The translations under genes and the position numbers were made by a program. Below the pieces are notes generated by a model. The model had not been told where the DNA came from, ran no database searches, and was given only the letters and a program-made list of their open reading frames with translations. From Octopus sinensis (Eukaryota), in assembly GCF_006345805.1 (NCBI RefSeq), contig NC_042997.1:59024001-59088000 (forward strand): DNA of 64,000 nucleotides, in the 5' to 3' direction. This document shows, one piece after another, positions 12,966-26,386 of this stretch (position 1 is its first letter; the number at the start of each line of letters is the position of its first letter).

Positions 12966-13854
12966 ATATACAGACAGAATGATGATGGGTGAAATGCTTC
13001 TGCTCAAAGTTTTGCTTGATCATGGATGACCTGAAGCTAAACAACAATAACAAGAATATAGAAATAAATTGGAAAGAGTGCACATCTAGTCTAAATACTA
13101 CATGTTGGAGTGTGCAAGTTGTCAGCAAAACATATGCATTATATATGTATATCAATGGGTTGCACCTACATTTTAACTATCTGCATATCATGCAGCTTGA
13201 TCTGGGGCCTTACAATAATTAATTGTACTACAAGCGGATACTATAATGAATGATTTTTTTTAGAAAATATACTTATCACACATCACAAGCATTCATAATG
13301 CCAATAAGTTCTGTATTTAGCTGCATTATGATGGATTGGTTAATATCTCAATAGTAAGAGTGTCAATCTATTACAGATAACATTAAAAAACTTTTCAGCT
13401 ACATCCAACAGATAGAGGCATTTAAACTTGTGCAAAGATAATACAAAGTAATGCCTACACCAAATCTAAAATTATAATCCAAGGGTAGTTAATCCAATAC
13501 CTTTAAATATTTAGTTATTTTGGCTCTTTATTGCTGTAAATGTATGTGGGTGGCAAAATGAGTATTATATGATTGAAACATTAAGTATAGGGGTGAATTA
13601 AATTGAAATTTCATCATTGTTCTCATGTCAGTCATCTAGATTTTTAGCTTTATTTTCAGGGGGGTTTTTTTCCCCAGTTCAGACCAGATAAGATCTATGG
13701 AGTTTATAAAAATATAAAATTCTATTTTAAGGAAGGAGTTTCATTGTTTTTAGATATGAGTAAAAATAAGCACTAACTAACTTGAGTGATATCTAAAGCA
13801 AGAAAGATATTGAAAATTCAAAACAAACATGCACAAACCCAATTTAAATATTCT

Positions 13855-14070
13855 TTTCTACTCTAGGCAGAAGGCCCAAAATTTTGGGGGATGGGGGCCA
13901 GTCGATTAGATCAACCCCTGTACACAACTGGTACTTAATTTATTGGACCCCAAAAGGATGAAAGGCAAAGTCGACCTCGGCAGAATTTGAACTCAGAACA
14001 TAAAGATAGACGAAAAACTGCTAAGCATTTCACCCAACATTCTAATGTTTCTGCCAGCTCGCTACCTTAC
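13855..14070 (-). mobile_element. tRNA-derived SINE family A (representative - copy)
   Basis: Reverse complement of family A. Other - copies at ~928-1130, 7100-7290, 14370-14570, 17370-17490, 27895-28110, 40895-41100, 41800-42010, 46430-46645 and 55255-55435. Confidence 0.8.
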
Positions 14071-15768
14071 AATTCACAAAATATTGTGTTACAATGTGAA
14101 TTGGAATAACCTTGCTTAGTCATTCCAGTTGAGAGAAGAAAATGAAGAAAATATAAAGAATCAAGAGAACTTCATTATAGTTGTTTGATCAGCTGAAAGT
14201 AGCATCCAAATTACCCTCAGGAAAATCCATTCTTTCTTTAAAGTGGTAAACCACTGACAACTAATTAGAAAAGATTTCTACATCTTAAATACAAATTTAA
14301 CTTTCCTTTAATCTCTGTGCCACAGCAAAACTGACTTTGGTTAATGATAATGATAATTTTTTTTTCTGCAATAGGCACAAGGCCTAAAATGTAGTCAGGA
14401 GAAAATCAATTACATCAGCCTCAGTACTTGACTGGTTCTTATTTTATCAACCCCAAAAGGATGAAAGGCAAAGTCAACCTTAGTGGAATTTGAGCCCAAA
14501 ACAGAAACACAGTCAAAATGCCAATAAGCATTTTGCCCAGCATGCTAACAATTCTGCCAGCTCACCACTTTTGACCAATAATAATGATGATGATGATGAT
14601 GATTTCTTGCAAGACACCAGGCCAATTTTAAAAGGAAAGAGGCAGTTTGACTGAATAAATCCATGATACATAGTTTGTATTTTGTGTTTATCTAAAGAAC
14701 ACAGAGGTACATTTAGCATCACAGTTATGATACTATCAAAATTATAGATTATCAAAGCATAAAGTTGTTTTTGTAAAGGACAAGATATAATAAATTGAAC
14801 TAACTGCATTACTACTATATATTTTGTTACTGGTACTTTGTATTATCAACTCTGGTGGAATGTAAAGCAAAGCTGACCATGGTAAAATTAAAGGAGGAGG
14901 AATGGAAGGTAAAATTGAACACAGGAAAAATTTAAGAGAGAGATGTAGTGGGAATATTCAGCACTCAGATCACTACACCCATGTTGTGATTTGCTAGAAT
15001 ATTACCCATATGATCAACGAAATCTGACCTGTCATGACTTTGCATGGAAGAGGCTCCAGCAATGATTTCATCTTTTGGCATGCTTCTTTCTGAGCCTAAC
15101 CATCAAAATAAATTTGGCATACCTTGACTATTTGATAGAGAGCTTAGAGAAGCACTGAGAGACAGTGGGGATAAGACAGCAGATGGACAGTGAACAGACA
15201 CAGACAGCTGGCAACAACCACCATCAGTGGCAACAACACAATGACCAGCAGCTAACTTTTTGACAGCCTTTACAATTACACTAAGAACAATAACATTCAA
15301 ACTCTCTCAGTACAAAAAGAATAAAATCATGTTTGTCAAAAATTGCAACAGATTCTGTGTTCTTCTTTGCACAACTGGTGATCCCCAACGCAAGAAATAG
15401 CAGTCAGCACTCATAACATAGAGGAATGAAACTAAACTGTCATGAAATAAATAAAACTAAATATATTTAATGTGGTACTTTACTGTCTTAAACCTTATCT
15501 GACATTCCCATCAACTTTATAACAACTACAAATGGTAAATTTATTAATTTTGTAAAAGCAGGGATTTTCTGTGGGTTATATTAACTTGATAGCTGATTAG
15601 TAAGATAAAATTATTCATTTTGTGAAAAATAATAAATCCAAGAAAGGTAAAAAGCAAAACTGTTTGAAGCTGGGTAAAACTGTTGAGGAAAAGTAACAAT
15701 GAAGGAAAGTAGGTGTCATTAAGAAACTAGGTGCATTTTAATGAAACCAAATAGGATGACAATCTTAC

Positions 15769-15783
15769 CTGAAGTTGAATAAT
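15769..15783 (-). CDS. SNX16: Candidate 15-nt alternative microexon of SNX16 (IIQLQ)
   Basis: Minus strand reads ctctccctgtttgcag|ATTATTCAACTTCAG|gtaaga. Strong splice sites, length a multiple of 3, no stop, inside a phase-0 intron. Confidence 0.4.
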
Positions 15784-15885
15784 CTGCAAACAGGGAGAGT
15801 TTAACAATGTGATAACAAAAATATGATATTGATACTAGCTTGGAGTTGGACATGTACAGTATATGTACAAAACACATGTATAGAA

Positions 15886-17024
15886 TCTACTACATATGTG
15901 GAAAATCAGTGTCTGTTTGTTTATGGCAGTGTTAGCTAACTCCTCCTACATCGTTTTATTGATTTTGATGAAACTTGACACATGAGTAGAACTCATGTAT
16001 GGATACCTCATGACATACTTAGATTGTTGAAAAAATAATACGGCCTCTGGAAGGGACCTTTACATCTACCTCATATAACTAATTAAAAAAAAAATACCCA
16101 TAGCACCTGTACAATATTTTTTAAACACTCAAGGAAAATAACCCATTTCATTGTTTATGTTCAATTAATTTGAATATTGATTTTTTGTGTCCAATTTCTA
16201 ATTTTTGCAGACAATATCACTTTTATACTTTATTTGATAGGTGACATACTTAGACCTCATGACATACTTAGATTGTTGAAAAAAAAAAATCGATAATAGG
16301 GCCCTTCCAATGGATCCTTCTATCTACTACATATTACTAATATTTTATTTAAACAACCCAAGGGAAATAACCTATATCACCTGCAGATTTTAGCAAAGTG
16401 ATCAATATTTGATTCTCACGATCAGCCAACCTAATTCTTCATTTCACTACTCAGTTTTGAACTGCTAAGCATTATTATTGCACTTCCTTAATTTGAATCT
16501 TAAACATTAAAGACTTTATTTATACATTTCTATACATACATACTTTTTTGAATGCCCATTACTCCGATAATTCTGCATTTTTACAGATTTACTTTTTCCA
16601 TGGCAGTAGATAAATTTTTTATTCTACAATGTATTTGTAATGGCTTCATGCAGGCATGGCGTGGATTCAATCCTCGATTGCCAAATTACACTTAACACTT
16701 CAACAGTGTTTTTCTCACAGTAAAACAATAGTTTGTCTGTGAATGACAGCAGTTATCCATTTCCCAGATGCCTTCGCTAAGCAGAATAATGTCTTTGCCT
16801 CTCGCCAACCTCTGACAACCTCTCTCACCAACCTCTGACAATCTTCCTTGCCAACCTCCAAAAACCTCTCTCGCCAACCTCCAGCTGACAATCTTTTGTA
16901 CTTTTTTGTAGCAGAAAATACAACTTTTGTGGCAGTTATAATGAAATTGCTTTCTTATATCAGAATAATAAGGCACTTCAATAGAATATCTTTACCCCCA
17001 CAATTTACCAGGTACACCAGCTAG
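15886..17024 (+). mobile_element. Non-autonomous Helitron-like element
   Basis: Starts A|TCTACTACATAT and ends ccaggtacaccagCTAG|T (AT target, no TSD). Internal duplicated block (cctcatgacatacttagattgttgaaaaaa at ~16006 and ~16255). Interrupts a degenerate 30-bp minisatellite. Confidence 0.55.
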
Positions 17025-17029
17025 TATAT

Positions 17030-17260
17030 ACAAATACAGAACATGTACTGTACAAATTGCGTGAAGGTGAACATGTACATTATTAATAACTTAGAAGTGA
17101 ACATGTGCAGAGCAGTACAGCACAGATAATTTGAATGTGATACAGGACTTTGATGTGGATATATACAGTAGTGCTAACTTAGAGGTGGACACTGTACACT
17201 ATATGTAGCTTGAAGGTGAATGTGTACAGTAGACGTAGCCAGAAAGTGGTAATTGGCCAG
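17030..17260. repeat. Degenerate 30-bp minisatellite
   Basis: acatgtac...gaaggtga-type units at 17041, 17071 and 17101, continuing to ~17250; related sequence at 15835-15885. Confidence 0.55.
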
Positions 17261-18564
17261 AGGCAAACAACAATAAAATAAGCATTAGATGGAATAAGCA
17301 TAAAACAGGTGATTTTATATGATCATATATAACATAGATGTCCTAAAAGTAGATGTGTAATATTGATTTCAAATTTTGGCACAAGGCCAGCAATTTCGGG
17401 GGAGGGATAAAGTCAATTACCCAGGCTCCAGTGTTCAACTGGTACTTATTTTATTGACCCCAAGAGAATGAAATGCAAAGTTGACCTTGAAAATGTATAA
17501 TATTGATGATCTGGAAGTGAAAGCTTGTTTTAAACAGAACTGTTTCCTCCACAAGAAAACTATAGTTATTCAATATACCTTCCAAAGAAAAATCACTATT
17601 CCTTTTATAATGCAACTTTTCTATTCAGCTATTGTTGTACCATATTAAGGATCCTACAAACATATCACTGTTGACTTATCTATGCTAATCGTTGACCTAC
17701 TCGTCCATGTTGGCCAATTGCGGATTAAACAGATCAGATGATCCTACATTTGAGTGATTACCCCCAGATATTGGCACCAAAACAGAATTTGAATTCAGAA
17801 CACTAAGAACCAAAGTAGAAGCCACTAGGCATTTTGTTACTTTCTCAAACAACTCCTCCAAATCACAATCCTTGACAGATATCCCCAATAGGATAAAAGG
17901 GTAAATTGACCTTGGTAGAGTTTGAACTGAGGGCACAGAGTGGTCGAACAAATACCACAAGGCATTCTATCTGACACTGTAATGATTCAGCCTAATCACT
18001 GCCAGTGAGAAATGATATTTGATGAGTGAGAACAGAAGGGAGATATAAGTTTGTGTATATATCTCTCTCTACTTCAATGTTAAGTTGAAAAGCAGGATGT
18101 CAGTTTTGGAAAACATACTTCAGACAACATTACTTTACTAAAAGAAATATCTTTACTAAATATTCTGTAACCATTGTTTATAATAGTATTTGGTTTCTGA
18201 CTTATTTTGTTAGTTTATAAGAATCCTTTTTTTCTTTCTACGGGGATTTTAATTTACAACTTAGATAGAAAACATTTTTATGGAGAAAAGGGTGAATTAA
18301 TAATTTCTTTGAGAGTAAAAATAGAATACAGTGAAATTTAGAGGATATTTTGGGAATTTAGATATATCATTTAAACTCTAAATGTACTTGTTTTAAAGAA
18401 AATTTTATAAATTAATGAAGAATAAAATTAAGAAAGCATGTTTTGACATTTGGGTAAAGACATGAATAAAATTTAGATATCTAGTGTTAGAGTTGTTTAG
18501 TTGTTTTAGAGATATCTACAAGTTTAACTTGATGAGTGCTTTAATTTAGGTTATCAAGCCTTAC

Positions 18565-18651
18565 CTTATCTGATAACTGAACAAAATCTGTGTAACGGCG
18601 AAAAACAAACCAGGAGTCATGAGGTGAATGGATAACTTGCAGTTTAAATAC
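18565..18651 (-). CDS. SNX16: SNX16 coding exon (VFKLQVIHSPHDSWFVFRRYTDFVQLSDK), PX domain
   Basis: 87 nt, phase 0/0, cttttcag| acceptor and AAG|gtaagg donor. Contains the PX RRYTDF motif. Not in the ORF track. Confidence 0.96.
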
Positions 18652-21600
18652 CTGAAAAGATTTAAAGAATATCTCTGAAAATTTTCGTTTTTTTTTTTTT
18701 TTTTTTTTGTAAATTCATATAGTTGTAACATATAAAAGCAATTTTATACTTTTATAGAAAAGAAAAAGTATAATGATATTTGTGTGACAAATTGATGTTG
18801 TGCAGAAATATGGGCAGTAATGGGAGATGCATGAAGTATGGTAATGTATAAGTTTGAAAGATGGCCAATGAATGTAGAAGTGTAATACAGTATAACAAGA
18901 AAAATATTCACAAAGACGTAAAAGCACCTTTCAAATGATGGGCCCCACAGAGGCAATGACCGAGTCTATTTGGCATTATACCATGCTTCAAAAGAAGACC
19001 CATCAAGCCAAGTAAAACCACAGTCATGGCAGATACCAGTATCATGCAAATGGCACCCGTGCCGGTGGTACATAAAAATACCAATTACACTATCAGGGTG
19101 CTTAGCATTAGGAAGGGCATCCAATCATAGAAACCATGCCAAAAGAGACTGGAGTTTAGTGCAGCCTTCCAGCTTGCCCGCCCTTGTCAAACTGTCCAAC
19201 TCATGCCAGCATGGACAACGGACATTAAAATGATGATGATAACAATGAGTATAACTTACTTCCAAAAATTTCTAGTTTTCTTTATCTAATGCAATTCAGT
19301 TATTGTTGTGCTGGGTGAAAGCCTCTACACACATGCTACTATCAGATTATCCATACTGTTTGTAGACCTACCTGTCCATAATGGCTAATTTTGGGTAGCA
19401 TGGGGTGCTCCCATGGTCAGGTGGTCAGCCCTGGCAGCTAGGCAAGAATTAAACTAAGAACACAAACAGCGAGAACAGATACTGCAAAGCATCTTGGTCA
19501 ACAATCAACAATTCTTCTAATTCTTCTGGCTGGGATTTTATTTATTGACCCTGAAAGAATTTTACAGCTAAATCTTCAACTAACTCTTTAGTATCTTTAA
19601 AACACTGACTTCAACTGTTAAATTGTTAGGACTCTGCATCCCTCATACTAAGCATAAATTGTTCCATAATTAAAACACTGAGCAAATTTTAAAGTTCAAG
19701 TGCAACTTTAGACATCTATTAATTTGTGTATCCAAAATGTTAGACCTGTTGGTGGCTCCTAAACATTCAGTTGGATATCCTAGTGGTATGAATCTTCTAC
19801 AAACACATCAAATACACACACATTCATAAGTTACATATCACAACACAAGATACATACACACACACACACACTGACATGCCAAACAACACTAAATACACAT
19901 ACATACATAAACACACACATACATAGAGCATGTAACACACAAATCCACATGCACATATACACACTTGAATCACAGACTTAAAAACTCTCAGCTTTACCCA
20001 CCTCCCCAGTGAATTAGAACTGCAAAATGATGAGATAAAAACAGCTACTACTACTATTAAACTATTACAATAGACTATCCTTAAACTATGACATATGAAA
20101 CACTATAATACTGTAATTAGGACAGGTCACTGGTTCCATGTCTTCACCTACTGTTGGACAATAACATTATCTATGTCAATCTCACTACCACCACCACCAC
20201 AGCTGGTAGAGTTTTTCTTTGTTGTACTGTTTTACACTTCACACTTAATCTGAGGAAGAAAGCTCACATAAAATACTTTTCTGAACACTTCTGATCAATT
20301 ATGACTAGGTGAAATTAGAGCAGTTAATGTTCCATTTTAACTGTTGTAGAATTGTGGTTAGAAAAGCATGAGAAGGAAGAAGAACTTAGTCAAAGTTTTT
20401 AGTATAGTTAATCATTCATTATCAGTAGGATAAATAGTAAGTAGCCAGTGATCACTGTTGTATGTGAAAATGACACTTTAGCCTACAGATCTAAGAAACA
20501 CCATGGGCATACTAAAACAGGGGTGTCTGCAGCTTCAAAACTACACCAACTTTAGGTAGCAGCTATGATGTATGACCTGTCTTGACTGCAGAGATAGCCA
20601 TAACATGTCACCTGTGTTAACTGTAAAAGCAGCCTTTTCACCTATCTTGAGAATATCTTGGCTGGTTCCCCATGCCAACAAAGTTCTTTACATATCCAGA
20701 GAAGTGAAGCCCTCAATTACCTCTCTTCCAAATAATGATTCAATTCAACCTGACACAACAAAGATTTTCCAGCAATAACAGGAACAATTACTACTTTTCA
20801 TTTTCACGTAGGAAAATCTCTTCCCATCACTGTAGACCACCAAACTACAAGTCAATTTGAAGTTGGTCTGGTATTCTACTGCTATTTTCATATGATCACT
20901 CCATTTTTTTTTTTTAACTTTCATGTCTGTTCAGTTATGAAGTAGGACAGATAGAGAATACTAATGCAATATAACATCAAAACTATTAGATCAAAAATTC
21001 AACACTGTATCCATTTATAAACTGTGATACCAACAAATGTTCTACAATTACAGAAGACTGACACATGTAGCAATAGGATTTAAATACATAAGCAAAGTTC
21101 CCTATGTGTCTCAGAAACAATCAAAATGTCAAAAGTTGTGAACCATATATTTAGAAAATGTAAGTCTCTACATAGTCTTACATAGGCTCAGTTCTTCAGT
21201 TAAAGCATTCAAACTCAACAACAGTAAGGTTTTTATGTACATATTTTTACATATTTTCTATATACAAGTACAATTATCAGCAATATAGCCAACAAGACAA
21301 GCCAATGACAATGTCACTTCATCTGCTGCAAAGGACAGCCAAATCTCTCTCAAATCATGCCCTACAATCTTAAATAGAGAACACATTACACAATGCACTT
21401 CATGATATACAAAGACACAGTGGTTATGGGTGAAATACCTCTGACGCTGTTTCTATACAATAAAACTATACTTTAAAAATCAGTGAAATATCACAAAAAA
21501 TTTACGTAAACTGCACTGAACACTATCAGGTACAAGGAGGCATAGTAGTTGCATATGTTTTAAGTACTAGAGTGCCAACTACAAGGCAACAAGTTTAAAT

Positions 21601-21654
21601 TTTACAACTGATATAATGCAGTCTCTGAGCAATGCAAAAGTCACTACCTGCTCC

Positions 21655-21850
21655 AATTAAGGCAGTGAGCTGACAGAAATGTTAAGCTGGGCAAAATGCT
21701 TTATGTTCTGAGTTCAAATTCCGCCAAGGTCAACTTTGCCTTTCATCCTTTTGGGGGTCGATAAATTAAGTACCAGTTGCATACTGGGGTCAATCTAATC
21801 AACTGGCCCTCTCCCCAGAAATTTCGGACCTTGCGATTAGATTAGAAAAG
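21655..21850 (+). mobile_element. tRNA-derived SINE family A (representative + copy)
   Basis: gagctgacagaa..ttctgagttcaaattccgccaaggtcaactttgcctttcatcc..aagtaccag..tagaaaaga with a B-box-like GAGTTCAAATTCC. Other + copies at ~51262-51475 and ~54775-55000. Confidence 0.8.
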
Positions 21851-22333
21851 ACTACCTACTCTAATTTAAATGACCGACTGAACAAAGTACCACCTTATAC
21901 TTAAGAGTTGAATTGTAAACAATTTGTAAAATCGAGTCATACCAACAAAACTTATCTCACTCATGCTATCATGGAACAATAAGATGTATAACAATAAAAT
22001 CAATAGTAATGTCAGACAAGTTATGTAGAGAAAAACAAGAAATCCAATATTTGTTCCATTTTCAAAATAATCTTGCCAGTTCGTGCTTAAGATATAATGT
22101 TGAAATACATTTTAATTCTTCTAAATTATATTTGGAACACTAAATGTCAAAAATATTTCTGTACTTCCCACGTTCCTCTAGTTCTTGTAAATTAGTATTT
22201 AAAATTTATTCTTTAAGGATTTAAATATTTTATCTACTATTGGTTTGTTGTATAGCCCTGATCAGTATTGTATCTACTATTAGTTATTGTTGTGTGACTG
22301 TGACCAGTCCTAACAAGGTAGGTCTTTGACCTA

Positions 22334-24238
22334 CTAGTTGTTCGTCAAACAACTACCTATAATCATCAGATCCGGTACTCTGTTGACACTGCACACTGCA
22401 ACATGCAGAAGTTTATTACATGGTATACAATGTGGTAATTTAGGCATGTTGCATTTTCCACTGTTCAGTTTATTCCTATATACCTGTTGCTTTTGTTGTA
22501 TTTGTCTTTAGCCACAAATCAGCCTTAACTGAACTGTTATTAAAAGGCATTCCCAAGGGCTAAAATGTCTTCAGCAAATGCTGCAGACGTGCTATCACCA
22601 AGCAAGTGCACATGCATGTTTGTGCTTAGGCTTGAGGTCTTAACCTGGAGCCACAACGTGGATGACTTAAGGCATGCACACACTTCATCAGTCTGGCTCC
22701 CTTTAGGGATGACAGGAAGGGTTTGCCAGAAATCTGAAAGCAATAGAGTTACACCACCCATAGAAGCTGTAGAATCCCTGATACCTTTCAGTGACCAGTC
22801 CAGTGCCTCAAGGGCACCTTTATTGGTCATTGTGCATTCATCCCATACAATGAGACATCACTGTCTAAGAACTTCAGCTTCCTCTGAATTTTTGCCAATG
22901 TTGCAAGTAGGAACCTCAGCCCTCACCAAATGTAAAGGCAGCTTGAATGCCAAGTGCACCATCCTACCTCCCGGCAATAACATAGCAGCAATTTCCAAGG
23001 AAGCAATGGCTGGCACAATTTGTTTCTTGCGACAAATCTTAGCAAGTATTAACTGTGTTACAAAGGATTTGCCGGTACCTCTAGCAACATTGAGGAAAAA
23101 ATACCGCCTGCCTGTTTTTCAATGGCACTGATGACAGTTTCGTACACCAGCCACTGATCAGGGGGCAATTTCACAGCATCATATGACAACTCCAGAAGTA
23201 ACTTTGGTGGGAATGTGTTAACGTCCTGTCGCAATGACAATGGCAAACCGAATGTGTTCAACACTGCCCCACCCATTATGAGCTGGGCATCCTCGATTTC
23301 AGTCAGCACATTATTGTAGATCAGGTTATTGTATCCAATGTCAGCATTAGGGTACTGTTGCTTTGCCAGTCATCATTTGCCTTGACCACAGAGAAAGCAA
23401 AATTACGTACAGAGAATTTCATAAACAGAAATGAATGGAAAAAAGGTTTTAGATTAAATTTTTAGATTAACACTTGCACGATTTTCACTAAGGAAAAAAA
23501 AATCGGATTTTTCTCGTGGAATCAACTACCCCGGCCTCCTTATATGCTACCAAACCCTTCCTGTGGTCCGAAAAACTGGGTGAGGTGGAGTGGAAGCCTC
23601 AGAAATTTCACCCCCCAGACCTATTGATCTTTTCACCATCTATTTTTCAATGTACATGGAAAAATACAGAGATTAAGAATATAGATAACATTTATTTTTA
23701 ATCTCAAATTTACCATGAAAAACTCTAGGCAAATTTTTAGATAACACTTGCATGATATTCACTAAGAAGTAGAAATCGGATTTTTTGCATGGAATCAACT
23801 ACCCTGGTCTCCTAATATGCTACAAAACCCTTTTTGTGGTCCGAGAAATGTGGTGTGGTGAAGCCTCAGAAATTTTACCCATTTATATTGTGTAATTCCC
23901 TGACAAATTGTTACCTACCTCTTTGTTTCTATGTTGTTAAATAAATGGATTCTCAACAAAACACTTTTTTCCTTGGCATAAAATAAAAAAAAAAATTCTT
24001 TTGTGCCCAAAGTAATGTGTGTGTGAGAGAGGGAGGGGGAGATGAATGATTTAAAATAAATAAATGATTTAAAATAAATATATTTTAATTGTTGTGTGAG
24101 AAAGTATATATGATCTGATTTTAAAATATAGTGTCTTTCAAAAACATCCTAAATTTGAATACTATATCTCGTGTTTAAGAAAAAAAACATTTTACATTTT
24201 TATTTTTGGTAAACGCTGTCACTTACTCTATCTCTCCC

Positions 24239-24280
<42 letters not shown>

Positions 24281-24558
24281 CTTCTCTCTCTCCCTCACAC
24301 ACACACACTTTCACTTGGCTATGGCAAGAAGGGACTTAACTCATGTTAGCAAACTTCAAAATTGGTAAAAGTTATGGTTGGAAAGAGATTTTTACCGCTA
24401 TCCGCGAGTGCCTCGAGAAAAAGTAAGTTGACAAAACCCAGGTAGGACGTTGACAAATGTCCTCCTAAAATTGGAGCGACATGCATGCTAATTTGTGGAC
24501 GTGCATGAACTACATTCACATACACACACACACACATCCTGCCTTTTATATATACAGA
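22334..24558 (-). mobile_element. Internally deleted Helitron carrying a PIF1-type helicase relic
   Basis: 5' end A|TCTGTATATATAAAAGG at 24558 and 3' end hairpin plus CTAG|T at 22334. Frameshifted helicase motifs (F)LNVARGTGKSF, LIVWDECTM and GGVTLLLSDFWQTLPVIP at 22540-23300. Internal ~270-bp direct repeat (23460-23640 vs 23730-23890). Confidence 0.8.
24240..24279. repeat. (CA)n microsatellite (inside the Helitron)
   Basis: Direct read. Confidence 0.95.
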
Positions 24559-24861
24559 TGTGTGGCACCTTGGGCAAGTGTCTTCTAAGCCTTGATCTGA
24601 GCAAAGCTTTGTGAGTGTGTTACTTCTCCTTGCCTTGAGATCACATGGCAGTTGTAAACAAGTTTCACCATCAAGCAGTACCCTTCATTTCCAATCTTTC
24701 ACGAAGACATGTCTGGTCATTGCAAAATATTACCTCACTTGGCAACAGGTGAAGTTTGGCAAACAGGTGAAGAAAGGCATCTAACCATAGAATATGCACC
24801 TCAAAAAATTCTCCCCCTCACCCAACACACATGAGTATGGTAAACATTAAAATGATAATGT

Positions 24862-24891
<30 letters not shown>

Positions 24892-24893
<2 letters not shown>

Positions 24894-25095
24894 AAATCCA
24901 AACAAGAAAGCACAAAAAACACAACAACGCGAGGACGTGGAACAAATACAGTATTATTGGACGCTCAGGAAAGAAGGAAAGAAGGAGGGTTTAACGTTTC
25001 GAGCGGAGCTCTTCGTCGGAAACATAGGAGAAGGAAAGATCCAGAGAAGGGAAGACAGAGGAAAAAAAAATCGCCAGCGGTACATACGAGGTCAC

Positions 25096-25097
<2 letters not shown>
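24892..25097 (-). mobile_element. Short CpG-rich element between (TA)n tracts, with hammerhead-like motif (PLE pseudo-LTR-like)
   Basis: Minus strand 25023-24988 reads GTTT-CCGACGA-A-GAGC tcc GCTC-GAAA-CGTT-AAAC. The element is bounded by long (TA)n on both sides. Confidence 0.6.
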
Positions 25098-25174
<77 letters not shown>

Positions 25175-25328
25175 CACACATACAATTCAGTTAGAGGTTA
25201 AAATAGCCTCATTAAGGGATAGTAATATCCAATGAATTACTGGTTCATTACCTAATATTTTTTTTTTGTGAATTATAATATTCATAAGATAATAGGTCTA
25301 AATATAAATCTTGGTTTACACATATTCA

Positions 25329-25712
25329 AAAGAAAACTAAGAAAATGGAGATGTAGCATTAATATAATTTATTATATGCAAAAATCCAACATATTCTCTT
25401 ACATCTGTTTCAATTTAGCCTAAAAGATTAAATAGCAATAATTAAATCATAATATTATGCAAAATCTCATCAGAGAGGTAGAAAACACAACACCTAATAA
25501 CCTAACGGCATATCTTTTCTACCTCTTTGATGAGATTTTGCCTAATATTATGATTTGCCTAATATTATGATTTAATTATTTAATTATCTCTTTTCAACCA
25601 TAACTTTTACCAATCTTCTAAGATTTATTAAAACAGCTGTAAAAGAATATGTTGGATTTTTGCAGATGATAAATTATATTAATGCTATATCTCCATTTTC
25701 TTAATTTTCTTT
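25329..25712. mobile_element. Foldback / long inverted-repeat element
   Basis: aaagaaaactaagaaaatggagatgtagcattaatataattt...gagaggtagaaaa is mirrored by ttttctacctct...aaattatattaatgctatatctccattttcttaattttcttt. Arms ~155 bp, spacer ~30 bp. Confidence 0.8.
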
Positions 25713-26312
25713 ATATACATACATATACTCTTTATCACTGCAGTTCCATATGATTATTTCTATGTTATACACATATAACAGAAAGTATATTTGTATCATT
25801 ATTTCATAAGTGAAAAGTTATCCTCTTACCCCTGCCCCCACCCCAACCACTTTCTTCATAACTATATCCATTTTCATTCAATGTTATTTGTAGTTTTTTA
25901 ACTGAAAGGTTTTACAGAATCGAGTTCCATTGATGAAATGTTGATAGGAATGTACCCCATGTTTATTGTATCACATGAAAACAGTAATATGGAATTGCAA
26001 TATTAACGATTTCTTTGATATCCACGCACTGCTGCTAAATGACTTTTCTGATATTGTGCACTACACTTCAAGTCCTATTTGATACCAATTTGGCCATATA
26101 TATATATATATCTATATATATATACATACAGAGGGAGAGAGAGCATTCTATATTATCTTACCTGATGGAGATATACTGTAGAAAGCCACAAAACTGCAGT
26201 ATTCTTCTCAAGAAAGCATCTAGTATAGATGTACAGTATATCCACATTAAGTAACATGTTCGGAATGCTATTTTGAACTAAAATACTGCATAGGTGCTTT
26301 TGTCACTAATAA

Positions 26313-26386
<74 letters not shown>

